Shown: one piece after another, positions 1 through 9,100 of the stretch
Layout: every line of letters begins with the position of its first letter
Numbering within the stretch: position 1 is the stretch's first letter
Assembly (NCBI GenBank): GCA_964472425.1
Contig: CAYYLF010000001.1
Location: forward strand, 6,595 to 70,594
Length of the DNA: 64,000 bases
Reading direction: 5' to 3'
Source: an uncultured Muribaculaceae bacterium
GTDB lineage: Bacteria; Bacillota_I; Bacilli_A; RF39; UBA660
Made by a program: the position numbers and the translations under genes
The notes under the pieces: model-generated
The model's input: the letters and a program-made list of their open reading frames with translations, nothing else
What the model was told of the DNA's origin: nothing
Database searches by the model: none

Positions 1-578
1 TTTTCTTGCATCCGTTTCTCAAAATCAGTTTGGTCATATCGAAAGTTCGGTTCCGGTATGCCGAGGTTTTCGCTTTCGGCAAATGGAGAGAAGGGGTCGA
101 AGTCTTCGAGCATGGCTTGCCAGTAATCGAGTTCGTCATCCATGTTATTCCCAAGAGCGTCTTTTTCGAAATATTTGGCGAGGACTTTTAGAGTCGAGAT
201 GGCTATTTCTCTTTTCATCTGTTCTCGTTTGAAGGGTTCGAGGGCAAGAAATTGTTTCATCGTGATATCGTTTATCAAAAGGGTGTCTTCTAAATACTTA
301 GAATAGTCGACTTCTCGTTTGGCTCTCATAAGGTATGGACGTTCTTTTAGTTGGATACCAGTAAGGTAGTCGGGATGGACGTCTAGGTATTTGGCTATGC
401 TATCTATAAGGTCCGGCGGCATGATTCCCTTTTTGAGGTAGCGTCGAATGGTCTTTTCCGTTCTTCCTATGTCACCATAAGCATCGCCGAGTTTTCTGAT
501 ACTCGAGTTTTTGGATTTAATTACATGCAGAAAATGTTGCCGATTTACTGGTACAGTTTGTATAATCTTGTTAGCCAT
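1..578 (-). CDS. Hypothetical protein with an N-terminal HTH-like region (MANKIIQTVPVNRQHFLHVIKSKNSSIRKLGDAYGDIGRTEKTIRRYLKKG); the 3' end runs off the window
   Basis: Reading the reverse complement by hand, the frame stays open from the ATG at 578 to the window edge. An AGGAGG lies 8 nt upstream of that ATG. The ORF track omits it because no stop falls inside the window. Confidence 0.5.
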   Translation of the reverse strand, partial: MANKIIQTVPVNRQHFLHVIKSKNSSIRKLGDAYGDIGRTEKTIRRYLKKGIMPPDLIDSIAKYLDVHPDYLTGIQLKERPYLMRAKREVDYSKYLEDTLLINDITMKQFLALEPFKREQMKREIAISTLKVLAKYFEKDALGNNMDDELDYWQAMLEDFDPFSPFAESENLGIPEPNFRYDQTDFEKRMQE

Positions 579-600
579 AGTCATATCCTCCTTCTTAGTG

Positions 601-624
601 CGGACATTTTGGGCTAAAATGCCG
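601..624. promoter_or_regulatory. Imperfect palindrome CGGACATTTT-n5-AAAATGCCG; candidate operator between divergent genes
   Basis: Inverted repeat visible in the sequence. It shares the GCGGACATT half-site with a second palindrome at 694-705. Confidence 0.3.
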
Positions 625-646
625 CGCGAAATCGACCGCGTTCGTA

Positions 647-675
647 TTGACTTTGTCTATCGAAACGAATATAAT
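647..675 (+). promoter_or_regulatory. Sigma-A-type promoter: TTGACT, 17-nt spacer, TATAAT
   Basis: -35 at 647-652 and -10 at 670-675, about 60 nt upstream of the ATG at 735. Confidence 0.5.
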
Positions 676-693
676 TTAATTATATTAGATGCG

Positions 694-705
694 GACATTA
701 ATGTC
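694..705. promoter_or_regulatory. Perfect 12-bp palindrome GACATTAATGTC just downstream of the -10; candidate operator
   Basis: Preceded by GCG, the same GCGGACATT half-site as at 599-607. Confidence 0.3.
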
Positions 706-734
706 TATAAATAGCAACTATTTGGAGGAAGATT

Positions 735-1154
735 ATGAATAAGGAGAAAAGTTGGAAAGATTGGATGAGAAAGAATAAGACGATAATCTTTGCAGGCGTG
801 AGTGGTTTTGTGCTCGGGGCCGTCGGAGCAAGTCTATTCTTAAACAACAAGGAGGTTCTCTTAGAGGCATTCGGCATAGGTCGAGTTAAAGGTCTCGAGG
901 TTACGAAAGTTGCAGAATCAGTAATCGAGAGTAAGTCGGCTACTAGTGTATCTGAGACTTGCAGTGACACAGTGAAGGATTTGGAGGATAGTATCGATTT
1001 CGTTTTTACGGATGTTCGAGAATACATACGCAAATTGCCGATGGGGCAGAAAGCATCGGCTTTAAAGATTGAAAGTGCCCTGAGAAACGGACGTCCTTTA
1101 GAGGACGGACAGACTTTCGTGGGTGCGTATCGGCGTAGAGTGCCGTTGGCTTAA
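735..1154 (+). CDS. Hypothetical membrane protein (one N-terminal TM helix)
   Basis: GGAGGA RBS 6 nt upstream of the ATG. The N-terminal stretch IIFAGVSGFVLGAVGASLFL is hydrophobic. Confidence 0.55.
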   Translation: MNKEKSWKDWMRKNKTIIFAGVSGFVLGAVGASLFLNNKEVLLEAFGIGRVKGLEVTKVAESVIESKSATSVSETCSDTVKDLEDSIDFVFTDVREYIRKLPMGQKASALKIESALRNGRPLEDGQTFVGAYRRRVPLA

Positions 1155-1171
1155 AGGAGGGAAAGAGGAAT

Positions 1172-1459
1172 ATGAGTGCATTTAGCTTGTTCAAAAAGAA
1201 AAGTTGGGAAGAGAGGCACGCCTGGGATGGACGTGATTCGATGGTTTGTCCGAGATGTGGAGAGAATATGACGAAACGGTTCGACTTCTCGGCGTGGTGG
1301 TGTGAGAATTGCCACGATGGTCTTCCAGATGAAGAGTGCGAAGTCGAGAGCGATGAGGTCTTGAGCGTATACGACGCGGCGGTCATTTGGGCGTCTCACG
1401 GCAAGGATGAAGATTATATGTTCGGGTACTCGGAGGAAGAATTGGAAGATGCTTTGTAA
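1172..1459 (+). CDS. Small zinc-ribbon protein (CPRC...CENC) with an acidic C-terminus
   Basis: AAGGAGG RBS. Two CxxC pairs. A terminator follows. Confidence 0.55.
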   Translation: MSAFSLFKKKSWEERHAWDGRDSMVCPRCGENMTKRFDFSAWWCENCHDGLPDEECEVESDEVLSVYDAAVIWASHGKDEDYMFGYSEEELEDAL

Positions 1460-1465
1460 TTAAAA

Positions 1466-1496
1466 GGCCACATGTTCGGTTGTGGTCATTTTTTGT
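1466..1496. terminator. Bidirectional rho-independent terminator (GGCCACA...TGTGGTC followed by TTTTTTGT)
   Basis: Hairpin plus T-run lying between the convergent genes that end at 1459 and 1499. Confidence 0.5.
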
Positions 1497-1498
1497 GT

Positions 1499-2275
1499 TT
1501 AGAGTGTGGAAGTGAGGTCTAAAAAGACATCGAGGCCTAGTTCTTCGGCTCTATTCGTGAGGTCGAATCCGTGTCTTTTTAGGATGGTTTCTAATTTTAT
1601 TCTGTCGCGGCTTTTGAGATTGTTGCCAATCGTCTTGCGCTTAAATTGGAAGGAGTCTCTGAGGAGTCGTTTGAATTTTGGGTAATCTATTTCTTGCCGC
1701 TTTTTTGGGGTAAGTTTGAGGACAGCACTATCGACGTTGGGGGCAGGAATAAATTTTTCGCGGGTGACGTCGGTCACTTTTTGTATTTCGTAATGGTAAT
1801 TTAAGAGTACAGTCATGTATCCGTATTCGCGATGGCCCGGTGTAGCAAGAAATCGCTCGGCAACTTCTTTTTGAACCATTATGGTAAAGCCGTTGTGCTC
1901 TATTTCCGAGTCGATTATGTGTTCTATTATCGGGGTCGTAATGTAGTATGGCAGGTTTCCGACGATATAGAGATTTTCGTAGGAGTATTTTTGTAAAAAT
2001 TTGAAAATGTCGACTTCCAAAAAGTCGGAATAGACGATTTCGGTCTTTTCATCTTCGAGAGGAAGCAAATATTTTTTAGTGTCTTCGTCTATTTCGAAGG
2101 CGACGAGTTGAGCACGATAATTTTTGAGTTTTTTTGTGATGGCTCCCCCACCCGGGCCTATTTCGATAATCAAGTCATTTTCGGTCGGGTTTATCGAGCT
2201 CACAATTTTGTCTATAGTTTGGTCGTCACGTAGGAAGTTTTGCCCATATTTTTTTTTGAATTTGAATTTAGTCAT
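1499..2275 (-). CDS. rsmA: 16S rRNA (adenine1518/1519-N6)-dimethyltransferase RsmA/KsgA
   Basis: Motifs KYGQNFL, EIGPGGGAITKKL and NLPYYITTP. Start placed at the internal MTKFKF, which has a GAGGTG RBS; the ORF-track start would lack an RBS. Confidence 0.9.
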   Translation of the reverse strand: MTKFKFKKKYGQNFLRDDQTIDKIVSSINPTENDLIIEIGPGGGAITKKLKNYRAQLVAFEIDEDTKKYLLPLEDEKTEIVYSDFLEVDIFKFLQKYSYENLYIVGNLPYYITTPIIEHIIDSEIEHNGFTIMVQKEVAERFLATPGHREYGYMTVLLNYHYEIQKVTDVTREKFIPAPNVDSAVLKLTPKKRQEIDYPKFKRLLRDSFQFKRKTIGNNLKSRDRIKLETILKRHGFDLTNRAEELGLDVFLDLTSTL

Positions 2276-2324
2276 TTTTTTCACCTCTTCAATAGTATCA
2301 CATTTTGGAATAAATAAAAAGAAC

Positions 2325-2873
2325 TCACGAAAGCTCGCGAGTCCATCCAAAGCGAAGGATGTCGTAGTTTATCTTTTTGCTTCCGACTTTCGTGATAGCA
2401 GTATCGACCGAATCGACGAGTAAGTCGAGAGTCGTGCCGGTAACTCCACGGTCGAGGACTATGGCAGTTATTTCTCCCGTCGAAGAAAGGGTGTCGTTTT
2501 TAAATCTAACTATGGAACCACATGGCAAGCTAGTCGAAGAAGCAACTATGCGGACTGTCCCGTACTGTGAATCGTCGTAAGTCGTCGTACCATCGAGAAC
2601 GTTTTGTCTGTTGCAGCCAAGGAAACCGGAGCAAAGTGGACAGTCGGCTACATAGCCAGTTAAAGTACCATTGTAAGTGTCGAGAACCGTGTTTAAATCG
2701 GTGGCCCGGAAGTTTTGGATGACTTTAGCCATCGCATTGAGGTCGACGTTTTTGTTCAGATTGGTATTGGTCGATGAAGTTACGGTCGTGATACTGCTGT
2801 TTTGGAAACAGAGGATGACTCCGATTAAGAGGCTAGCGCATATCACTTTGTAGAGCGTCTTTACTTTTTTCAT
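2325..2873 (-). CDS. Secreted 3D-domain protein (YabE-like, MltA/RlpA-type double-psi barrel)
   Basis: Signal peptide MKKVKTLYKVICASLLIGVIL. C-terminal motif AIVLDRGVTGTTLDLLVDS resembles the 3D domain. Its position between tatD and rsmA matches B. subtilis yabE. Start at M17, which has an AAGGAG RBS. Confidence 0.65.
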   Translation of the reverse strand: MKKVKTLYKVICASLLIGVILCFQNSSITTVTSSTNTNLNKNVDLNAMAKVIQNFRATDLNTVLDTYNGTLTGYVADCPLCSGFLGCNRQNVLDGTTTYDDSQYGTVRIVASSTSLPCGSIVRFKNDTLSSTGEITAIVLDRGVTGTTLDLLVDSVDTAITKVGSKKINYDILRFGWTRELS

Positions 2874-2917
2874 CCATCTTCTACTCCTTACTGTGCAACA
2901 GTTTATCATAAAAGTGG

Positions 2918-3673
2918 TCAAATGTCAAAAAGGTCATGTACGTTCTTTTGGGTGATGGCGCTCACTTCTTCTAGAGTGAGATTTAGTTCACGATCGACGA
3001 AGGTGGCAATGTGTCGAATGTTGGCCGGTTCGTTGGTGGTTCCTCGGACTGGTTCGGGGGCGAGGTACGGCGAGTCGGTTTCTAAAAGGATGCTTTCTAC
3101 TGGAATGTTTGCTAGCACTTCTTTGAGTCTGGCATTTTTGAAAGTTAGGACCCCTCCGAATCCGAGTTTGTAACCCATCTTTATATATATGTTGGCTGTC
3201 TCTAGTGAACCGCTAAAACAATGGATGGAACCGGTAACTGATGGATATTTTTTGAGAATGGCGATGGTATCTTCGGTTGCGTCGCGAGAATGTACTATGA
3301 CCGGCTTATGATATTTTTCGGCGAGAGCGAGTTGACTTTCGAAGAGTTCCTTCTGTCTTTCTCGGTCACACGGTTCGTAATGGTAATCGAGGCCTATTTC
3401 TCCAATTGCCACTATCTCGTCGATGGCGTTTTCGATTATACTCAGCTGTCCTTTTTCGAAATTATCGATGTCTTCCGGATGAAACCCGAGGGCGGCATAT
3501 ATACTTTCATATTTTTGTGCGAGAGCGAGAACCTCGAGGTTCGATTCACGGTTGGAGCCATTTACTATCATTTTCGTTATGCCGGCAGCTTTAGCATTTT
3601 CGATTATCTTGTCGATGTCTTCGTAGTATTCTTTCAGTATATGACAGTGTGTATCTGTAAACATTTTAATCAC
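2918..3673 (-). CDS. tatD: TatD-family metal-dependent DNase
   Basis: N-terminal FTDTHCH metal-binding motif. Sits between metG and yabE-like, as in Bacillus. Confidence 0.9.
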   Translation of the reverse strand: MIKMFTDTHCHILKEYYEDIDKIIENAKAAGITKMIVNGSNRESNLEVLALAQKYESIYAALGFHPEDIDNFEKGQLSIIENAIDEIVAIGEIGLDYHYEPCDRERQKELFESQLALAEKYHKPVIVHSRDATEDTIAILKKYPSVTGSIHCFSGSLETANIYIKMGYKLGFGGVLTFKNARLKEVLANIPVESILLETDSPYLAPEPVRGTTNEPANIRHIATFVDRELNLTLEEVSAITQKNVHDLFDI

Positions 3674-3715
3674 CTAGAAAAAGTATAGTTAAAAGTCCGA
3701 AAAAAGTAAAGAATT

Positions 3716-3729
3716 ATTTCCCGGGAAAT
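3716..3729. promoter_or_regulatory. Perfect Noc-binding-site (NBS) palindrome ATTTCCCGGGAAAT in the metG-tatD intergenic region
   Basis: Exact 14-mer, identical to the copies in the 15.5-16.5 kb array. Confidence 0.55.
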
Positions 3730-3734
3730 AATTT

Positions 3735-3763
3735 TGGAAAAAAAGATGTCCATAAAACATCTT
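3735..3763 (-). terminator. metG rho-independent terminator (GATGTTTTATGGACATC followed by TTTTTTT)
   Basis: Hairpin and T-run immediately after the metG stop at 3768. Confidence 0.6.
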
Positions 3764-3767
3764 TCTT

Positions 3768-5300
3768 CTATTCAGTTGGGAGTTCCAACCTCCCAAAAAG
3801 TGGATGAGGTTCCATAGTGACGGTGTATGTGTCTCCACTTCTATAACTAGCCGTCTCGAAGTTCTCTTCTCGTTTACCTATTTGGGAAAGCGCGTCTTTT
3901 GAACTCGTTGGCATGAAGGGCTCTAAAAGAATGGCAGTCACGCGAATCGATTCTAGGAGATTGTATAGGACAGTTTGTAGTCTGTCTTTTTTCGACTCGT
4001 CTTTGGCGAGGACCCATGGGGCCGTGTCGTCGATGTACTTGTTCGAGAGTCTAAGTATGTCGAAAATTTCTTCCAAGACTTTGGACACTTGGAGATTGTC
4101 TATCTTTTCGTCGGTCGTGTGTTTGAGGTTATCGATTTTGGAAATCAATTCGTCGTCCAGAGGTTCTGTGACTTTAGTATCCTCGACGTGGCCTTGGAAA
4201 TATTTGTTAGCCATGCCTATCGTGCGGTTGACGAGATTGCCCCAGATATTCGCGAGGTCCGAATTCGTACGGTTGATGAGGGCTTCTTCCGAAAAGTTAC
4301 CGTCGTTTCCGAAAGGAATTTCTCTTAGAAGAAAGTAGCGAACGGCATCGACTCCGTATTTGGCTATGTAGTCGCGAGGGTCTTTGTAGTTGCCGAGGCT
4401 TTTAGAAATCTTGTTTCCTTCGATTATGAGCCAGCCGTGGCCGAATACTTTATGAGGCAACGGCAAATCTAGGGCCATGAGGATTATTGGCCAAATTATG
4501 GTGTGAAATCTGACTATTTCTTTTCCGACTATGTGGACATCCGCAGGCCAATATTTTTGGAATTTGGAGTCGTCGTCCGTCGAGTAACCGAGTGCGGTGA
4601 TGTAATTTGAGAGAGCGTCGAGCCAAACGTATACGACGTGTTTTTCGTCGAAGGTGACTGGTATTCCCCAATTGAAGCTCGTCCTAGATACACATAAGTC
4701 TTCGAGGCCCGGCTTGATGAAATTGTTGAGCATCTCGTTTTTGCGCGATTCTGGTTGAATGAAGTCGGGATGTGTCTCGATGTATTCTTCTAGTCTATTT
4801 TGATATTTGGACAGTTTTAAGAAATAAGCTTCTTCACTGACTTCGTGAACTGGACGACCACAGTCGGGACATAAGCCGTCTTTAGCTTGGGTTTCAGTCC
4901 AAAAGGATTCACATGGCGTGCAATAGAGGCCTTTGTATTCGCCTTTGTAGATGTCGTCTTGGTCGTAGAGTTTTGCAAATATCTTTTGAACGATGGCGAC
5001 GTGGTCTTCGTCGGTCGTGCGGATGAAGCGGTCGTAGGTGATGCCGAGGCTCTTCCAGAGGTCTTTGGCGTTTTCGACTATCTCGTCGACGTATTTTTGC
5101 GGAGTTACTCCGGCTTCTAAAGCTTTTTTCTCGATTTTCTGACCGTGTTCGTCACTTCCCGTCAAAAAGTAGGTATCGTATCCATCCAATCTTTTGTATC
5201 TCGCGATGGCATCCGCGATTATCGTACTGTAGCAATGTCCAATGTGGAAGTTGGCAGATGGATAATAGATTGGGGTCGTAATGTAGAATTTCTTTTCCAT
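3768..5300 (-). CDS. metG: Methionine--tRNA ligase
   Basis: HIGH-type motif (PIYYPSANFHIGH) and KMSKS (KISKSLGN). Start at MEKKFYITTP. Confidence 0.95.
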   Translation of the reverse strand: MEKKFYITTPIYYPSANFHIGHCYSTIIADAIARYKRLDGYDTYFLTGSDEHGQKIEKKALEAGVTPQKYVDEIVENAKDLWKSLGITYDRFIRTTDEDHVAIVQKIFAKLYDQDDIYKGEYKGLYCTPCESFWTETQAKDGLCPDCGRPVHEVSEEAYFLKLSKYQNRLEEYIETHPDFIQPESRKNEMLNNFIKPGLEDLCVSRTSFNWGIPVTFDEKHVVYVWLDALSNYITALGYSTDDDSKFQKYWPADVHIVGKEIVRFHTIIWPIILMALDLPLPHKVFGHGWLIIEGNKISKSLGNYKDPRDYIAKYGVDAVRYFLLREIPFGNDGNFSEEALINRTNSDLANIWGNLVNRTIGMANKYFQGHVEDTKVTEPLDDELISKIDNLKHTTDEKIDNLQVSKVLEEIFDILRLSNKYIDDTAPWVLAKDESKKDRLQTVLYNLLESIRVTAILLEPFMPTSSKDALSQIGKREENFETASYRSGDTYTVTMEPHPLFGRLELPTE

Positions 5301-5319
5301 TTTGTTTTCCTTCTTTCTA

Positions 5320-5545
5320 AATAAAAAAATCACGAATTTAAGGACGAGTTGGAGACCCGCGGTACCACCTTAATTCATGATAATCATGCACTTTATCCTT
5401 TAACGCAGGTATACGTTTGAACTCCAAAACCATGTTCGATTGCCCTATCCACTATTTTGCACCAACCAATAGTTCTCTTGGCGACTCGGGCTAATTTACT
5501 CTTTTCTTCTCAGTTCAATACGTCAATAATATCACAGAAGACCGG
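5320..5545 (-). ncRNA. T-box riboswitch leader regulating metG (tRNA-Met sensing)
   Basis: The minus-strand RNA contains AATTAAGGTGGTACCGCGGG at 5357-5376, which matches the T-box consensus AAnnAGGGTGGnACCGCG. This T-box forms the 5' arm of a terminator, UCAUGAAUUAAGG...CCUUAAAUUCGUGA followed by UUUUUUU, placed just upstream of the metG RBS. Confidence 0.8.
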
Positions 5546-5550
5546 TCAAA

Positions 5551-6075
5551 TCAATAGTTATTGAGTTGTTTTTCGATGAGAGTTGCAAAAATTTTGAGTG
5601 TATCTGCATTGTTTAATTCGCATTCGCGATTGTACTCGATGAGGAGTCCTGCGCGGTCACCATCGACTATGATGGGCAGAATATTCGCATATCCCATCAG
5701 AATGGAGTCTTCGAGCAGGTATTTTATCTGTTCGTTTTTGCATTCCGTACAAGTAGCGAGGAGATTTTTTAGGTCTTCTCCGAGAGTCTTGCCGACGTAT
5801 GCTTTGTCGGTAGAAGCGAGAACACTTTCCCTCGTAGTTAAAATATATTCGTTGGATGTGGTTCTAGAACCGACATCGAGAAGAAAGTTTGCATATTCGG
5901 CTATGTCCGGCAAGGCCGAGTATTTTTTGATGCGTATTTCGTCGTCTTCGATGTATATTTCTAGAGGTTCGCTGTCTTTTATGTGCAGTTTCTTGCGAAT
6001 GTCTTTCGGAATAACTATTCTTCCGAGTTCATCGATTCTTCTAATGTTACTATTTTGTGCCAAAGTTATCACCAA
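5551..6075 (-). CDS. spoVT: AbrB-type N-terminal domain plus GAF-like C-terminal domain; SpoVT-like regulator
   Basis: N-terminal IRRIDELGRIVIPKDIRKKL is a SpoVT/AbrB swapped-hairpin motif. 174 aa. Lies immediately downstream of mfd, as B. subtilis spoVT does. Confidence 0.7.
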   Translation of the reverse strand: MVITLAQNSNIRRIDELGRIVIPKDIRKKLHIKDSEPLEIYIEDDEIRIKKYSALPDIAEYANFLLDVGSRTTSNEYILTTRESVLASTDKAYVGKTLGEDLKNLLATCTECKNEQIKYLLEDSILMGYANILPIIVDGDRAGLLIEYNRECELNNADTLKIFATLIEKQLNNY

Positions 6076-6112
6076 CCAATATTATTTTAAATGAAATAAT
6101 CGATTTTATACT

Positions 6113-9100
6113 CTATTTTACTTGATTATTGATAGTATCCAAGAGTTCGTACAGATAGTAGATGTAGTTTTTATTGATGAGGTTAGTATTCAGAGAGATG
6201 CGAATTTCCTTGTTTTTGTAGCTTATCTCGAATTTTGGGCAGATGTTGTAGCTTTGCAGGAACAATTTTTCCCCGTCGATGCGGTTTGAGATGTCTTCCG
6301 GAAGTACTATCGTTATTTTCTTTTGCATTTGAATTATCGTCTTTATACCGAGGGTGCGAATCAAACCTTCTGTACAACGCTCGAGCATGTATATTTCCAT
6401 GGTCTCATCTATACGCCCAAAGCGGTCTTCGAGCTCGGATTTGACGGCTAAAAAATCGGTTTTAGTAGTAATCGTATTTATGAGTTTGTGTATCTCGATT
6501 TTGATGTTTTCGTCCGAGACATAATCATCTTCGATGTGCGTGGCCGTATTGAAGATGACGTTCGTTTCTTCAGGTTCTTCTTCGAATGTCCCTTCGAGTT
6601 TGCCTACTTCTTCGGTGACCATCTTAGTGTAGAGGTCGAGGCCGACGGCATCGATGAAGCCGGCTTGTTCACTTCCCAAAAGGTCGCCCGCCCCGCGAAT
6701 GGCGAGGTCGCGCATGGCTATTTTGTATCCACTTCCGAGCTCGGTGAATTCTTTAATCGATTCTAGTCGTTTGGTAGCAGTTTCCGTGAGCATATGAGCC
6801 GGCTTGTACATGAGGTAGGCATAGGCGATTTTGTCACTTCGGCCCACACGGCCTCTTATTTGGTAGAGTTGGCTAAGACCGAAGTTGTCGGAGTCTACGA
6901 TGATTATAGTGTTGACGTTCGGAATGTCGATTCCAGTTTCGATGATGGTCGTACATATCAAAATGTCGTATTCTCCTTCTATGAAGTTTTCCATAATCGA
7001 GCCGAGTTCTTCCGAGGACATTTGACCGTGACCACAGACTATTTTTGCTTCGGGGGTGAGTTTCTGTATTTTGGTTTTGTAAGTATTCAATTCGTCTATT
7101 TTGTTGATGAGGATGAACACTTGGCCCGAACGAGTCATCTCTTTGTAGATGGCATCTTTGATAATGAGATCGTTTTCTTCGATGACGTAGGTCTGTATCG
7201 GGTAGCGGTTCACAGGTGGCGTATCGAGGACGGATAAGCTTCTGAGTCCACTCATGGCCATTTTGAGTGTGCGCGGGATGGGCGTGGCCGAGAGGGTAAG
7301 GACGTTTACATCGTTCTTCATCTTCTTTATTTTTTCTTTGTGAGTTACTCCGAAGCGTTGCTCTTCGTCGATTACCAAGAGACCGAGGTTTTTGTACTCG
7401 ATTTTGTCGTTTAGAAGTTTGTGTGTTCCTATGACTATGTCTACTTTTCCAAGTTTGAGGTCTGTGAGAATGCGATTCACATTTTTGGTCGAGACGTATC
7501 TATTTAAGAGCTCGATGCGGACTGGAAAGTCGGAGAATCTCTCGAGAGCACTCGTGTATTGTTGTTTGGAGAGGATGGTCGTCGGACAAAGGTAGGCAAC
7601 TTGAAAACCGTTCATTATCGTTTTGAACATCGCTCGGAATGCTACTTCGGTTTTTCCGTATCCGACATCGCCACATAGAAGTCTATCCATAGGGGCCACT
7701 TGTTTGAGGTCGTAGTCTATTTCTTTGATGGTCTTTTCTTGGTCTTCTGTGAGAGTGTACGGGAAGTCGAGGGCGAATTTTATTTCGTCTTCGAAGTCTT
7801 TGTACGGCGTGCCGATTGCTCTTTGACGATTCGAATACAGTTTTAGAAGTTCACCAGATATATCCCTTATTCGGTTTCTCGTTTCGCTTTTCTTTTTGGC
7901 CCAGGCGGTCGAATTCAGTTTGTTTAGTTTAGGAGCTCGACCGAGGTTAGACGAGTATTTGTAGAGTCGGTTTATCTTGTCGACGGGAAGGTAGACTTTG
8001 TCGTTTCCCAAATATTCGAGTTCGATATAGTCTTTCATGAGTTCGCCGTTTTTAATCGTTTTGAGGCCACGGTATATTCCTATTCCGTGCAGCTCGTGAA
8101 CGACATAGTCGCCTATAGAGAGGTCCGTGTAGTTTTTGACTTTGCGACCGACTTTTATAGTATTTTTATATTTTATGTCTCCGCGCGTGGTGCGGTCTAT
8201 ATCGGACGGGGCAATCAGTACATAGTTATCGAAGATGAAACCATGGCCCGCGGTCGAGTCAATTATGTTTATCTTATTTGGGAAGATGTCGTTCGCATTC
8301 GTTATGAGGGCATCGGGGAATAGGTCCATAATCTCATTCTTTTGTTTGGAGTTTTCGAGCGCAAAGACAATCGTTTTGGTGGAAAGCTCTTTGAGGCAGA
8401 ATTTCTTTAGTTGTTCGAAGTTGCCACCAAAGTTTTCCATCTCTTTAGATGAGTAGACCAATGAGTCAGGACGGGAGATAGCATTTATAGTTTCGAGTTT
8501 GAACGATTTGGTGAATGCTATTTCTTCGAAACTGAACATATATTTCGTGTCGGCGGCAAGTTCTTTGCTCAAGTTGTATTCGAATCGTTCGGTTTCGAGG
8601 TTTTTGTAAGCGAGTTGAATTTGCGATTCGTCTATCAAAAAGCGAGTTTCGTTTTGGAGATAGTCCATGATACTGTTCGGCTCGGTGATGACTTCTTCAT
8701 TGAACCTTTTCAGTTCGGCAGACTCGATTGTGGATGTCGTCAATTGGGTGTTTTCGTCGAACTCTTTAATCGAATCGAGGTCGTCGCCGAAGAATTCTAG
8801 TCGGATCGGAGTGTCGCGGTCGACGGGAAATATATCTATGATAAAGCCCCGAACGGCATATTCACCTGTAGTCGTGACCAACGATTCGCGATGGTATCCG
8901 AATTCTTCGAGTTTTTGCAAAATTATTTCCCGGGAAATAATCGAGGGGGAAGGGTCGATGATTAAACTCTGTTGTTCATTTTTATTGGGTAGGTATTTTA
9001 GGTATCCCATGAGCGAAGTGACTACTATGTGTTTTTTCTTTTCGCGAGTCAACTTTTCTAGAGTTTCTAGACGTTTTATTTTTAGGTCTGGAGATACGGC

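Noticed and set aside
511-714. 67-aa plus-strand ORF from the ORF track
   Set aside because: No RBS. It overlaps the start of the minus-strand gene and the mapped promoter and operators. It is intergenic noise.
2276-2350. 25-aa N-terminal extension of RsmA in the ORF track
   Set aside because: The conserved RsmA N-terminus begins at MTKFKF, which has its own GAGGTG RBS. The extension would run into the upstream gene's terminator region.
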